Assembly (NCBI RefSeq): GCF_009914755.1 | Contig: NC_060928.1 | DNA: 64,000 nucleotides | Direction: 5' to 3' (one strand) | Source: the human T2T-CHM13v2.0 reference genome, Homo sapiens | Shown: in pieces, positions 1-14,045 of the stretch | Position numbering within the stretch: the first letter of the stretch is position 1 | Layout: each line of letters begins with the position of its first letter | Position numbers and translations under genes: made by a program | Notes under the pieces: generated by a model | Database searches by the model: none | What the model saw: the letters and a program-made list of their open reading frames with translations, nothing else | Told to the model about the DNA's origin: nothing

Positions 1-362
1 CCATCAGTTGTGAATTCCTAAACAAATAGGTATACGAATACCACGGAAGACCATTCAGCCATGAAGAGGAGTGGAGCGTCGCTGTATGCCACATCACAGG
101 TGAACCTGGTAAACATGCTAAGTGAGAAAAGCCAGATACAAAAGTCCACATCACGTGTGATTCCATTTATATGGAATTGGTTGGTGGTTGATTGCCTGGG
201 TCTGAGGGGACTACAGCGGGTTCCTTTTTTGGAGTGATGAAAATCTAGAAGTAGAGTGGTTTGTACAACCTTGTGCTTATTCTAAAAACTACTAAATTGT
301 ACATATTAAAGGGGTGAATTTTACGGCCTGTGAATTGTATCAGTAAAAATTGGTAAAATTAA
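1..362 (+). mobile_element. Old L1M (L1MB/ME-like) 3' end fragment
   Basis: Typical L1M 3' motifs (catgctaagtgagaaaagccagatacaaaag, gattccatttatatg, tgtgaattgtatc); subfamily not resolved. Confidence 0.7.
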
Positions 363-428
363 AAATGACATTGGGATTTTTTGTATGATTCAGCTTAATA
401 GACAACTGAAGAGCATGCTTGCACAGTG

Positions 429-526
429 CCGGCAGGGCAGGGGGGTCCGGCAGGGCAGGGTGGGGGTCGGGCAGGGCAGGGGGGTCCGGCAGGGCAGGGT
501 GGGGGTCGGGCAGGGCAGGGGGCGTC
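429..526. repeat. G-rich short tandem repeat (ggcagggcaggg core, ~20-bp subunits, ~39-bp period); G-quadruplex-capable
   Basis: Five ggcagggcaggg subunits seen directly. Confidence 0.85.
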
Positions 527-704
527 CGTGGTGTGTAGCTCTGCACACAGGAGTCGGGAGTTTTTAGTCCAGGTCCATAGAAGTAGAATACCTGGGTTGA
601 AGGGTGAGGCCCAGGTTCTGTAGCTCCCGTCAAACCCCACGCACCCTCCTCCCCCTGTCAGTCGTGTGGCTCCAGTTTCCTTCACCTCACCAGTGTGTTT
701 TCTG

Positions 705-1497
<793 letters not shown>

Positions 1498-1759
1498 TTT
1501 GTGGCTTTATCCTTTTTTTATCTGCTTCGGTTTCTCAGAGATGTTTTAAAAACAAAAAAGTTGTACTGATGTTTCTGTCTTTCCATAGCCATCCAGATTT
1601 ATGATGATTATTAATACCGTGGACTTCTCTTCACCATCTTATTTTGCTTTCTATTTCCCATGCTTTTGTCTTCATTTTTTCATTTTTTTTTTGGTGGATC
1701 GTTAAGGTTTTCTTTGTTCCAGTTAATTTCCTCTTGCGGTTTGCCCAGTTCACAGCCAT

Positions 1760-1843
1760 GCTCCACTTGTGGCAAATCAAAAAGGTCTCCACACATTGCC
1801 AGGTGTCCCCTGGGGAGCAAGTGGTCCCTGTGGAAAGCCGCTG
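1760..1843 (-). mobile_element. MER20 fragment
   Basis: aaaaggtctccacacattgccaggtgtcccctgggg matches recalled MER20 reverse complement. Confidence 0.6.
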
Positions 1844-2218
1844 CACTAGGTGAGCCCGGCCCTGGTGAGGGTGCCTTGTGAGTGGAGCCTGCTTGTGCTG
1901 CTGTGCCCCGCTGCTTCCAGGCGGCGCGGCCCTCCGTCTGATTGCTGGAGGACTCTTCGGTGTGGACACACCGTGGTTTGTTTACCCATCCTGGTCAATG
2001 GACAATTGGAACTGTGGTGAACAAGCATTCCTGCACCTATATGTGGATATTGTATGTCCATTTTTCTTGGGAGTGGAATGGCTGAGTCATCTGGTAGGTG
2101 TCTTTACCTTTTAAAGAACTAAGCGCTTTTTCCAGAAGGATCATCAGAACTGCTGCCAGCAAGAGTCCAGGTATCCCGGCTCCACCAGCATGTGGTGGCG
2201 GCCTCTTGACTTGGAACT

Positions 2219-2782
2219 GTTCTTCTGGGTGCCGGGGTTCTCCAGAGAAACAGAGCCAGTGGCACCCACATGTGTGTGTGCGCACGCGTGTGTGGGAGTG
2301 TGCGTGCGTGCACGTGCGCACGCGTGCGTGTAAGGAGCTGTGTCACAAAGAATTGGCTGGTGCAGTTATCAAAGCTAAGTCCCGAGCCGGAGACCCAGGA
2401 GAGCTGAAATGTAGTTCCAGTCTCAGTCTCAAGGCCTGAGAACCAAGAGGGCTGACAGTAGCAGTTTTAACCCGGAAGCTGTCGGGCGGGCGGGAGATCC
2501 AAGAAGAGCCAGGGTTTTAGTCCAAGTGCAAAGGCCAGAAAAGACCATGCCCCGCCCACAGGAGGAATTCCTTCTTACCCAGCCTTGCCTTTCCCTTCAG
2601 GTCCTCAGCAGATTGGGCAGGGCCCCTCCCCAACGGGGAAGGCTGTGGGCTTTCCTCAGTTTACCCATTCAGATATTAATCCCATCCCAGAATGCTCTCA
2701 CAGTCACACCCAGAATAATACTTGGCCAAATGTTTGTTGGGGAACCTGGCAGCGTCAAATGGACCCATAAAATTCACCATCG
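2219..2782 (-). mobile_element. MLT2-family solo LTR (ERVL) containing an alternating purine-pyrimidine (TG/CG) tract at ~2267-2331
   Basis: gggttctccagagaaacagagcc, aaggcctgagaacc, cacacccagaataata, cataaaattcaccatc are MLT2 hallmarks. Confidence 0.75.
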
Positions 2783-2963
2783 CGCTTTCCGCTGTGGTCT
2801 AATTTGCATTTCCCTGATGACTCATGATGTTGCACGTCTTCCTGGAGATTACCTGCCCTTCATAGAACTTCTCTGTGATGTTCCTGTTCAAACCTTTTCC
2901 CCATTAAAAAAATGGGATTGCTAACCGGGCGAGGTGGCAGGCACCTGTAGTCCTAGCTACTCA

Positions 2964-3161
<198 letters not shown>

Positions 3162-4078
3162 TCAGCTGTGCTGTGAAGGCCTTCTCCCAGTCCATGGCTC
3201 GTGTTCTTAACTTTCTTACATTGTTTTCTGAAGAGCAGAAGTTTTAATTTTGATAAGGTTCAGAGGATGGATTTTTCTTTTACAGTTGGTACATTTTGTA
3301 TCCTTCTAAGAAATTGTTGCCTGTCTCAAGGATGCAAAGATTTTCTCCCTTGTTTCCTTCTAAGGAGTTTCACAGTTTGAGCTTTTGTGTTTAGGTCCGT
3401 GATCCATTCGGAGGCACTTTTCATGGGATGTGAGGTTTGGGTTGAGGGCCATCCCTTCCCTGTCCTGGCTGTTGCAGAGACTGTCCTTCGCCTCAGTTGC
3501 CTTGGCCCCTTGGCTGTATGTAAATGGACCCTGCCTGTGGGTCTTTTTCTGGGTTCCCCACCCTGTATTGACCCCTGCATCCATTCCTAGACCAGTGCTG
3601 TACTGGCTTCAGCACTCTAGCTTTATGAGAAGTCTGGCAGTCAGGTGCCATTTATCAAAATTCATTAGAATTTTTGTTAACATTTTTTAATTTAAAAAGA
3701 TACTGTTATATATGTATACAATTTGCCATCAACCATTTTATACAGCAACCACTTTATCCATTTATAGCGTAGACACCGTTCCGTAAGCACACAGTACAGT
3801 CATACCATCTATATCACCATGACCCTCTCATCTTGCAAACCGGAAACTCCATAGCCATTGAACAAAACTGCCTCCTCCCCACCCCAGCCCCTGGGATCCA
3901 CCATTCTGCTTTATGTGTCTAAGAGTTGGACTGTGTGAGATACCTCATACAAGCAGAGTTAGCAGATTTGTCTTTTCATGGTTGACTTATTTCACTTAGC
4001 ATAATGTCTTCAAGGTTCACCCATGTTACAGTGAGTGAGAGGATTGCCTTCTTTTAAAAGGCTGAATACTGTTCCACT

Positions 4079-4551
4079 GTGTATTGTGTTACTTGTCCCC
4101 AGGGGGACGGAACTCATAATATATAGAGGTAGATGAGGGGATTTATTGGGGAACTGGCTTGTGTGATTACAGAGGCTGAGTCCCGCAGCAGACCTGCACC
4201 CCAGAGACCCTGGGAAGCTGGTGCGTGGCTCAGTCCAAAGCCAAAGGCCTGAGAACCCTGGGGGGATGCTGGTGTAAGTCCCAACATCCAAAGGCCAGAG
4301 ACCCTGGAGTTCTGATGCCAAAGGGCAGGATCCCAGCTCCAGGAGGGACAGGAAATTGCTTATCCTCTGACTTTCTTGTTCTGTCTGGGCCCCAGCGGAC
4401 TGGATGGCACCACCTACCTGGAGGACATCTTCCCACTCACCCACCAGTCTCCTCTGGAAACACCCGCACAGGCACACCCAGAAGTAATGCTTCACAGGTT
4501 CTCTAGGTATCCCAAATCCCATCAAGTTGATGCCTGAAATGAACCATTACC
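4079..4551 (-). mobile_element. Second MLT2-family solo LTR
   Basis: ccctgggaagctggtg, agtccaaagccaaaggcctgagaacc, tctcctctggaaacacccgcacaggcacacccagaagtaatgctt. Confidence 0.75.
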
Positions 4552-4561
4552 TGTGCAGATA

Positions 4562-4893
4562 CGGTCATGTGTCACTTACATGGAAAAACTCTCAGAAATG
4601 CATCGTTAGGCGACTTTGCGGTGTGAACATCGTGGAATGAACTAACAGGAGCCAGATGGTGTGGCTGCTGCACGCCCGCACCGTGGTACAGCCTGTGGCT
4701 CCTGGGCTGCAAACCTGTACAGCATGTCACTGCACTGAATACTGCAGGCAGCTGTTCCACGGTGGTGTTTTGCATGGAACACATCGAAACATAGAAAAGG
4801 TGCAGTGAGAATGCAGTATCCTAATCTTAATGGGACCACTATCACCTGCACGGTCTGTTGTTGACCAAAATGTCGTTATGTGGTGTGTGACTG
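4562..4893. mobile_element. Tigger3a/MER7A-like non-autonomous DNA transposon
   Basis: Inverted termini cggtcatgtgtcac...gtggtgtgtgactg; internal aaacctgtacagcatg and aaacatagaaaagg. Confidence 0.75.
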
Positions 4894-7800
4894 CCACGTT
4901 TTCTTTCTTCATTCCCCTGGTGATGGACATGTGGGTGGCTTCTGCCTCGTGGCTGCCATGAACACAGGTGTGCAGATACCTCCTGGGACCCTGCCTTCAG
5001 TTCTCGTGGCCTACTGGGGACTCAGGAGCCTTGTGCCTAACGTTCTGAGGAATTGCCTCGCTGCTCTACACGCTGCGCCGGGCACGTTCCCTGGCACTGC
5101 ACGCGTGTCCCGCTGCTCCGCTTCCTGCCGTGGCATAGCTTTCGGTGTTGAGTGATCGCCGTCCTAACGGGCACGAGGTGATGCCTCACGTCTGCACTTG
5201 TGTCTCCTGAGCAGTGGTTGGTCGTGTGGAGCATCTTGTCATGTGCCGCTTGGCCATTGGTTTATCTTCTCTGTACAAGTGTCTAAGTCCTTCACCCATT
5301 TTAAAATTGGATATTTCCTTTGGTTGTGGAGTTGTAGGCGTTTTTAAAAGTGCATTCTGGATAGTAGCTCCATATGCAGATCCCTGGGTTGCAGCTATTT
5401 TTTCCCATTTTTTACTCTGTTGGTTTTTCCTGCTCTGCAGTTTTTAAGTTTGATGTAGTCCCATTTGTCTCTTTCTGTTGCCTGTGCTATTAGGAATCTA
5501 TTTTTAATGCTTTGCCCCTTTTCACTGTTCTTCCTATGATACGGTCTGTGAGGTTGCCTGTCCTCATTTGGGCGAGCTGTATCTTCTGCGGGCTCATCTC
5601 TGCAGTGCTGTTTCTTGTGTCTTAGAATCTGCTGGCCCCTCTCTGCATTGCTGTTTCTTGTGTCTTACATTGTCTTTGTCCACGGATTTATTGTGTTTGA
5701 TCACTAAGCAATATTTCTGAGTAGTTTTTCTGCCAGGAAGGTTTGTGTGTGCTCAGCTTTCAGCCCTTGCGTATCTGAAAGTAACTTCAGTTTGTCCTCA
5801 TTCTTGAGTGATAATTTGGCTCGAGTTAGAGTCTTTAGCATTTCTGAAATTCCACTCACTCGGTCACCAAATGCCCTTTAAGGAGCCTGTGAAGGGGCTC
5901 TTGCTAACCAGCCAGCCCAGGCCAGTGGAGGGGAGCTTTTAGGGCCCGGAGTCACGTGCTGAGTCCCCCGGAAGAGGAGGCGGTGCTTTCCGGGGCTGGC
6001 CTGGCTCCTCTGGGGGGCGTGGATGTGGGGAGGAGCTGCTGTCTGGGTCAGCAGCTGCCCTGCTGGAGGGAGAGGGGGTGCTGCGCTCATCCCCTGAACT
6101 CAGATTGGATAGCCCCGGGCCAGCGCTGGAGGAGGAGCAGAGGCAGGGAGGTGGGAGGAGCGTGCGCAGAGGCGTGGGAGGCCTGAGGAGTAAGCGGCTG
6201 GATGTGGACCCTGAGAGCCACTGGCAGGGAGGTGGGGTCTTCCAGTTGTGAAGACACCGTGGCCCCGGTGAGCCCCTCCCCGGCCTCCTTCATGCCTGCG
6301 TTCTGCGTAACCGTGGCGCGTTCTGGGCAGGGCCTTTTCCCTTGCACTGGGAGCAAAGGGTTCCTGTCTGCAGCACACCAGCTGCCCGGAGCTCTGCCCT
6401 GTGCCTGAGCAGCGTCAGCACCGCGGTGAGGCGGACGGCCCGGCAGGGGTTGGAAAGTCCAGAAAGGCCCCGTTCCCGCGTAGAACTTGAATGCAGCTAA
6501 GGGACGTCCAGAGAGGCCTTTCCTTTTCTGGTGGCGGTCTGGAATGTGCTGGTGTGCGGATGCTGTGTGGGTTCCTCCGCGCGAGCGAGGGTGGTTGTGC
6601 CGCTTTGTCTAATGGTCTAATGGCGAAGACTTTCTGTCCTGCTCTTGTGAGGCGCCTGCACAGGCAGAGCAAAGACTGAGTATATGCCTTGCGTCCTTTA
6701 GAAATTCCACCTCGTGGCAGGACACACTCAGATAGGGTCTCCAGTGGGAGAGTCCTGCAGGCCGGTGTCGGGCTGTGGTGTCAGGGCCTCGGGGGGGCCT
6801 TCCCCAGTGGGTCTCGTTGAGCTCGCTTGCACTGGTCAGGTATTTATGGAGAGCTGAAGTGCTGTCTGCTGTGACTTCCCATCCACTAGATGTAGAGCAG
6901 ACGAAAAGAATCTTTCCCGTCTTTCCTAAGCAGTGCCGAATCCTTGGGAGAAATCTTGAAGGCAGGCAGTGTGGATGATGGGACCCCAGGCTGCGTGGCA
7001 CCAGCAAGCTTGGTTCCAGATGCCACACACGGTGCCTGGCTTCGAGTCCGTCTCCTGTTGTCACTGCTTTGTGAGTTGGTTAAGCGTGTTGTGTCTTGAT
7101 AGCTTCCCTGCCCTCCTTCTCAACATCCTGACTCATTTGCTCACCAGCAAGGGTGAGTCCTGCTCGGTAGCAGACGGTGATGCTGGCTGCCATTTGCAAA
7201 GCCTCCTGTGTGGCTGTCTGGTGTGGACGAGAGCGTGTGCACCCTGTCACCCGCGGTGGGTCCACGTCGGCGCTGGGGGATGTCTGAGTGGAGGGCAGCT
7301 GGGGCCAGGCCGAGTGGGGAGTGGCAGCCGGGGGAACGGGCTCAGGGCCGGCCTTGCCACCCGCCTCCTGCCCCTGCTTTCGGGGGGAAAGTGAGTCTAG
7401 GGAAGAGCCCTGCTGTGTGGCTCCTTCCTCGGCTGAGGCCAGTCCTGTCTCTGTTGCCCTGGCTGTCCCTACTTCTGGGAAGCCCAAGCGCTGAGCTGCG
7501 TCCAGGTCTCCCTCACTGCAGCCCTGCCTTCCTCACGTGGCCTCACGGCTAAGCACAGTGGCTGACACGAGGTCGAGGCGTGCCCAGGGCCGGGGGAGCA
7601 GGCGGTACCCGAGAGTCTGTCCTCCATGGTTGGGCACGGCTGGAGAGGAGGCGAGGTGGAGCGCTTGTTCTGGCACAGCTGCGACGGCAGAGTTGGGCCC
7701 ACTGCTCTTGGGCGGCAGCACGGCCGTGTTGCTGATGCGCTGTGTGGTGAGCTGCCGGCCACCAGTGCAGCCAGGACCGCAGGTGGTGTTTCCTGCGGGA

Positions 7801-8532
7801 GCCCGGCCACGGAGGCCGGGGAGCGCTGGGGCGTGATTCTGTCGTGCCGCTTTCAAACCGTAGAGCACAGGAAACGGGCGGAGAAGAACTCAGCAGCGCT
7901 TCTCTCAGAGGGACAGAAAACTAACAACGACTTTAAGATTCTCCTTGATTGGCTTATTTCCACAGGGAATGGATGGTTCTTACGACTGGGGAAGGCAAAC
8001 GCTGTCACACAGGAGAGGTGTGGGTCGTGCACTTGTGGCTTCCCGTGCGTGTGTGAGGCTTGCTGTGCCCAACCCCAGCCCGTGTGGAGCCCACGCCCCA
8101 TGCACCCTTGTCCCTGCCCGGCCTGGCCTCGTGTGGTGGCGCCTGCAGCCGCAGCAGCCTGGCTGATCACCGGCCAGGCCTGTGTTTTACCGTCTGATAG
8201 CCTCACACCCCGGTCACTCCTCTCCTGTTTGGAAATTTCTTTAACTGTTCGTTATTCTGGATGAACTTTGGGATTATTTTGTCAACATACACGTACAATG
8301 TTTTTGGCAAAAATTGGGGTTGCTTCTCATCCAGGGATGTGGAGTGGCTCTCCGTTCAGCAGGGCTTTTGTGGGTCTTGGTTGAGGTTTAGAGTAGATAC
8401 TTTTGAGACCATGAACCTTCTGAGACTTCTGCCTCTACAAGTGCCATGAGGAGACCTGGTGTGTCCTGGGTGTGGGGCTGGTGGGGCTCACACCAGGGGA
8501 GCAGATCCCTCACCATCCTCCTTCCTCTCCAG

Positions 8533-8715
8533 GTGCCCTACGAGACGCTGAACAAACGCTTTCGCGCCGCTCAGAAGAACATTGACCGGGAGACCAGCCA
8601 CGTCACCATGGTGGTGGCCGAGCTGGAGAAGACGTTGAGCGGCTGCCCCGCCGTGGACTCCGTGGTCAGCCTGCTGGACGGCGTGGTGGAGAAGCTCAGC
8701 GTCCTCAAGAGGAAG
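8533..8715 (+). CDS. MAEA: MAEA exon 2 (first coding exon in window), [10 protein letters not shown]...LSVLKRK
   Basis: ccag|GTG acceptor, AAG|gttggt donor, 183 nt, phase 0/0; peptide matches MAEA/EMP (GID9). Confidence 0.97.
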
Positions 8716-8876
8716 GTTGGTCCCGCCTGGCGGTCCCTCTTCAGTCTGGGGCATGGACACCCCTTTTGTCTCGAAAATGAGTCCTAAGACAGGCAAGCTG
8801 CAATGATGGGAACGCGGGAGGTGCGGTTGGGGGCCCCCTTCCCTGCTGTCTGCCTTCTGGGGCCACTGTCGGCTGA

Positions 8877-9282
<406 letters not shown>

Positions 9283-10000
9283 GATCGATTATTTTTAGAT
9301 GGAATTTCACCTCCAAGGAGCATGTGGAGTTCCTTGTCACTGGGATTGGTGGACAGGGGCCTTGGGACTAATCTGGCCCACTGAAGACACCCAGAAAGTG
9401 GGATGAGATATCTTGAAACGTCGCACTGAAAATACCCAATAAACCATGAAACCGAAAGGAATCGCCAGGCCAGAACCGGAGGGCAGGGGTCAGAGGTGAG
9501 CAGCAAGAGACTGCTGTTGTCCCCTGGAGTGTTGGCCAGGCCAGATGGAGGTGAGGACCGATGACCCAAGCCTTGGAAAGTGGGGCCCAGTGGAGAGAAG
9601 GTGGGACCCCACGGTACTACAGCTCAGCGTGGGGTGTACCAGAAGTGGACTGGCGTTGACACAGCATTGCAGCCTACGTTCAGAGGACTGGGATGATTGG
9701 AGACCCTCAGCCTTCACTCCGGTGAGGTGGTCCCGGCTGGTGGTGCCTTCCAGCTCCGGGCAGAGTCAATTCAGATTCTTTCTTGGGGAGGATACCTTCA
9801 ATATGGGCATAAGATGATTCTTAGATTCTCAGTTTTCAAGTACAACGTCCAGCACAGAGACAGCCTGGGCAACAGTGAGACCCTGTCTCAAGACACCACG
9901 ATGGACTGGAGACCCAGCAGGCAGTAGACAGAGGGCTGCACGGACTGCAGGTGCAGGGGCTGCCAGGTGCCACACCTTACTGTGCTTAAAGAACAGAAGC

Positions 10001-10897
<897 letters not shown>

Positions 10898-10914
10898 TTA
10901 AAAGGGACTAAAAT

Positions 10915-11535
10915 TTCAAGAAATGGGAAATATAATAACCAAAAATGAAAAACTCAACATTTGCCTATAACAGTTTAACAGTTAACAGACAAAGCTAAAG
11001 ACAGAATTAGTGAACTGGAGGGTGATCGAGAATGGAGCACAGAGACTGAAAAATCAAAGTGGCTGCGAGAGTAAAGCATGGAATAGAGCAGAAACCTGTG
11101 GCATGTTTCACCAGAGCCCACCAGTGGGTGGGGACAGAGATGGTGCGGGGAGAGTGACCAAGGTTTCAGAACTGATGAGTACCACCAGGTCAGAATCCGA
11201 CACAGAGTAAGTGAAAATAAACCGACATGGGATTTTCCCGTGGTGGAACTGAAGAAAACAGAGACAAAGAAATATTTGAAAAGCTCCTGAGGGCAAAAGA
11301 TGACTTCCAAAGGGGCAACAGACAGCCGGACAGCTGATTTCTGCACAGCAGTTGGAAGCCAAAATTGGTAGAATGTGCTGAAAGAAGCCAGCCCGGATCC
11401 TGGATCTGTCCAGTAGTCAGTCGCCGTGTGTGCTGTCAAATTTTTAGCGAAGAATTCAGTTCCTCAGTTGCACCACTGCCCTTAAGTGTGTGGCAGCCAC
11501 GTGGGCTGGTGGCAGCTGTGTTGGGCAGCACAGGC
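10915..11535. mobile_element. L1 ORF1-like relic (+, to ~11395) followed by a MER3-like fragment
   Basis: agacagaattagtgaactggagg, acagctgatttct...ggaagcc; aattcagttcctcagttgcac...gcagccacgtgggctggtggc. Confidence 0.5.
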
Positions 11536-11950
11536 CTGGAACGTTTCTATCTAGCCCGATTCATTTTTAACAAAATTGACTTTAAGAAAAAAAGTATTGC
11601 AAAAGATTTTTTTAAAGTCACCTTATAATGATAAACAGTTTAACCAGAAAGGCATAGCAAATTTGAAATTGTATGCATCTGGCAACATGGCTTCAGGGTA
11701 TATTAATATAAAGCCAGAAATAGCAGAGAGAAGCTGCAGATCCAGGGTGGTGGATTTTCACTGCCTCCGTCTGCAGCTCTTGGGCCAGGCACACCTGCCT
11801 AGCGGACTCGGTAGAGCACGGTTTTTTTTCTGTCCCGTAATCCCTGCTTTTCTCCTTGTGAGTGTTGTGGATTGGGGCAGCCTGGCCTCCCTTGGTGCAG
11901 GGCTGCGGGGCATCCCTGTCCTGAACGTGCCTCTGTTGTGTGTGGCTCAG

Positions 11951-12154
11951 GCGGTGGAATCCATCCAGGCCGAGGACGAGAGCGCCAAGCTGTGCAAGCG
12001 CCGGATCGAGCACCTCAAAGAGCATAGCAGCGACCAGCCCGCGGCGGCCAGCGTGTGGAAGAGGAAGCGCATGGATCGCATGATGGTGGAGCACCTGCTG
12101 CGTTGCGGCTACTACAACACGGCTGTCAAGCTGGCGCGCCAGAGCGGCATCGAG
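11951..12154 (+). CDS. MAEA: MAEA exon 3, [10 protein letters not shown]...LARQSGIE (includes LisH motif)
   Basis: ctcag|GCG ... GAG|gtgggt, 204 nt, phase 0/0. Confidence 0.97.
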
Positions 12155-12234
12155 GTGGGTGCCCGCCAGACGCAGGCACAGCGCCCCAGCTGGCCCCAGG
12201 CCTATGGCCAGCCGCCCTGTGGCATGTCCCCCGG

Positions 12235-12480
12235 CATGCCTGTGTCCCTACATGCTTGTGTTCCCCTCCCCCCACCCCCGTATGCTTGTGTTCCCCTCCC
12301 CCCACCCCCGTGTGCGTGTGTCCCCCCTCCAGTGTGTGTGTGTGTCCCCCTCCCCGTGTGCGTGTCCCCCTCCCCCCATGTGCATGTCCCCACCCCTGTG
12401 TGCGTGTGTACCCTTCCCGTGTGTGTGCCCCCCCCCCCCCAATGTGCGTGTTTCTCCCCCACCCCGTGTGTGTGTCTGCG
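12235..12480. repeat. Low-complexity degenerate repeat of TG and C runs
   Basis: Repeated gtgtgtg/tccccc blocks. Confidence 0.75.
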
Positions 12481-13463
12481 CTGTGGTGAGGGCCTCCTCC
12501 CCAGCTGAGAGGCCCTGACCCTTTGTGGAAACGCACCTGGGACTTAGCCTTCTGAAGGCAGGAAGTCAGTGTCTAAGCGGCTCTCCAGGTTCTTCTCATT
12601 TCCCTGTGGTGTCTGCACACATCCTGCTTAGGATTTTCCCGCCCGATACCTGTACCCCGGGTTTTGCGCTGACACATGCTCCATTGCTTCCTCGTGAGAG
12701 CTTTGCCTTTATCTCAGGCGGGGTGCGTTTTCCGTGTTTTCTGTGGCACCCTGTAGAAACACGTGGCACCCTTGCCCTCTGTGGCTACAGCTGAGCAGAC
12801 GCTGGGCGGTGCTGCCCTCTGGCACCTTTGGGCCAGGTTAGCTGGGGCGGCCTCTCTGCCATCGGGCAGTTGTCCACTGCTGTGGGGGCCCATGGCAGTT
12901 GGAGCCTCCCAGACCAGCACTTGGGCCCGTCGCCCTTGCCCCTGTCCAGATCCTGCTGTGGGAGCACAGCCTCACCTGACTCGGGTTAAGGTGGCGTCCG
13001 TGTTCCATTTGACTGAGATGACAACACTTGAGAACCTCTCAGGCAGGACTTGTGCGAGAGGATTGTGCCCCATGGCCCTGTCCCGGGCCCAGCCTCCCCA
13101 TGCCCAGCCATGCGCCTGGCCCCACAGGCCTCCCTCCCATGCTGCTCCCTGCCACGGCTCCTCAGCCCACCTCCTCCCTGCTTCTGTCTAACCAGGGGTC
13201 TTCTCTCTTTCCACGGCTTAAATCCCACCCACATGTGTGTGGCTCCCACCTGGGGCATCATGGGCCTCAGCCCTGGCTGAATTCAACCCCAGCACAAGGC
13301 TCCCTTCCCAGCCTTGGAGGCGGCCTCACATTGTGCAGTCCAAGGCCTCGGGTGCCCATGGGGCCACACTCACGCCCCCATGCAGCCATCTGCACGCCCT
13401 GCTGGCTTGCAGCCTCCCCCACACTCCTGTCACGCTCCTGCCCAGCTCCCCAGCCTTGCGGCA

Positions 13464-14045
13464 CTCCAGACTCACCCCCAGGCCCACCCGGCCCCACACT
13501 CCAGACTCACCTGCAGGCCCACCACGGCCCCACACTCTAGACTCACCCCCAGGCCCACCCTGGCCCCCACACTCCAGACTCACCTGCAGGCCCACCCGGC
13601 CCCACACTCTAGACTCACCCCCAGGCCCACCCCGGCCCCCACACTCCAGACTCACCTGCAGGCCCACCCGGTCCCACACTCCAGACTCACCCCCAGGCCC
13701 ACCCCGGCCCCCACACTCCACACTCACCTGCAGGCCCACCCGGTCCCACACTCCAGACTCACCCGCAGGCCCACCCCAGCCCCCACACTCCAGACTCACC
13801 TGCAGGCCCACCCCAGCCCCCACACTCCAGACTCACCCGCAGGCTCACCCCAGCCCCCACACTCCAGACTCACCCGCAGGCCCACCCCAGCCCCCACACT
13901 CCAGACTCACCTGCAGGCCCACCCGGCCCCACACTCCAGACTCACCCGCAGGCCCCACACTCTGGACTCATCTGCAGGCCCCACACTCCGGACTCATCTG
14001 CAGGCCCCACACTCCGGACTCACCCGCAGACCCACCTGGCCCCAC
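13464..14045. repeat. C-rich minisatellite, ~35-37-bp unit ctccagactcacctgcaggcccacccggccccaca, shortening at the 3' end
   Basis: About 15 copies seen directly. Confidence 0.95.

Noticed and set aside
6491-6679. 62-aa ATG ORF as an alternative coding first exon of MAEA
   Set aside because: Ends in TGA before the only weak GT; cannot join exon 2 in frame (could at most be a uORF)
11576-12508. 310-aa single-exon ORF
   Set aside because: Only 11951-12154 is coding (MAEA exon 3); the flanks are intronic read-through
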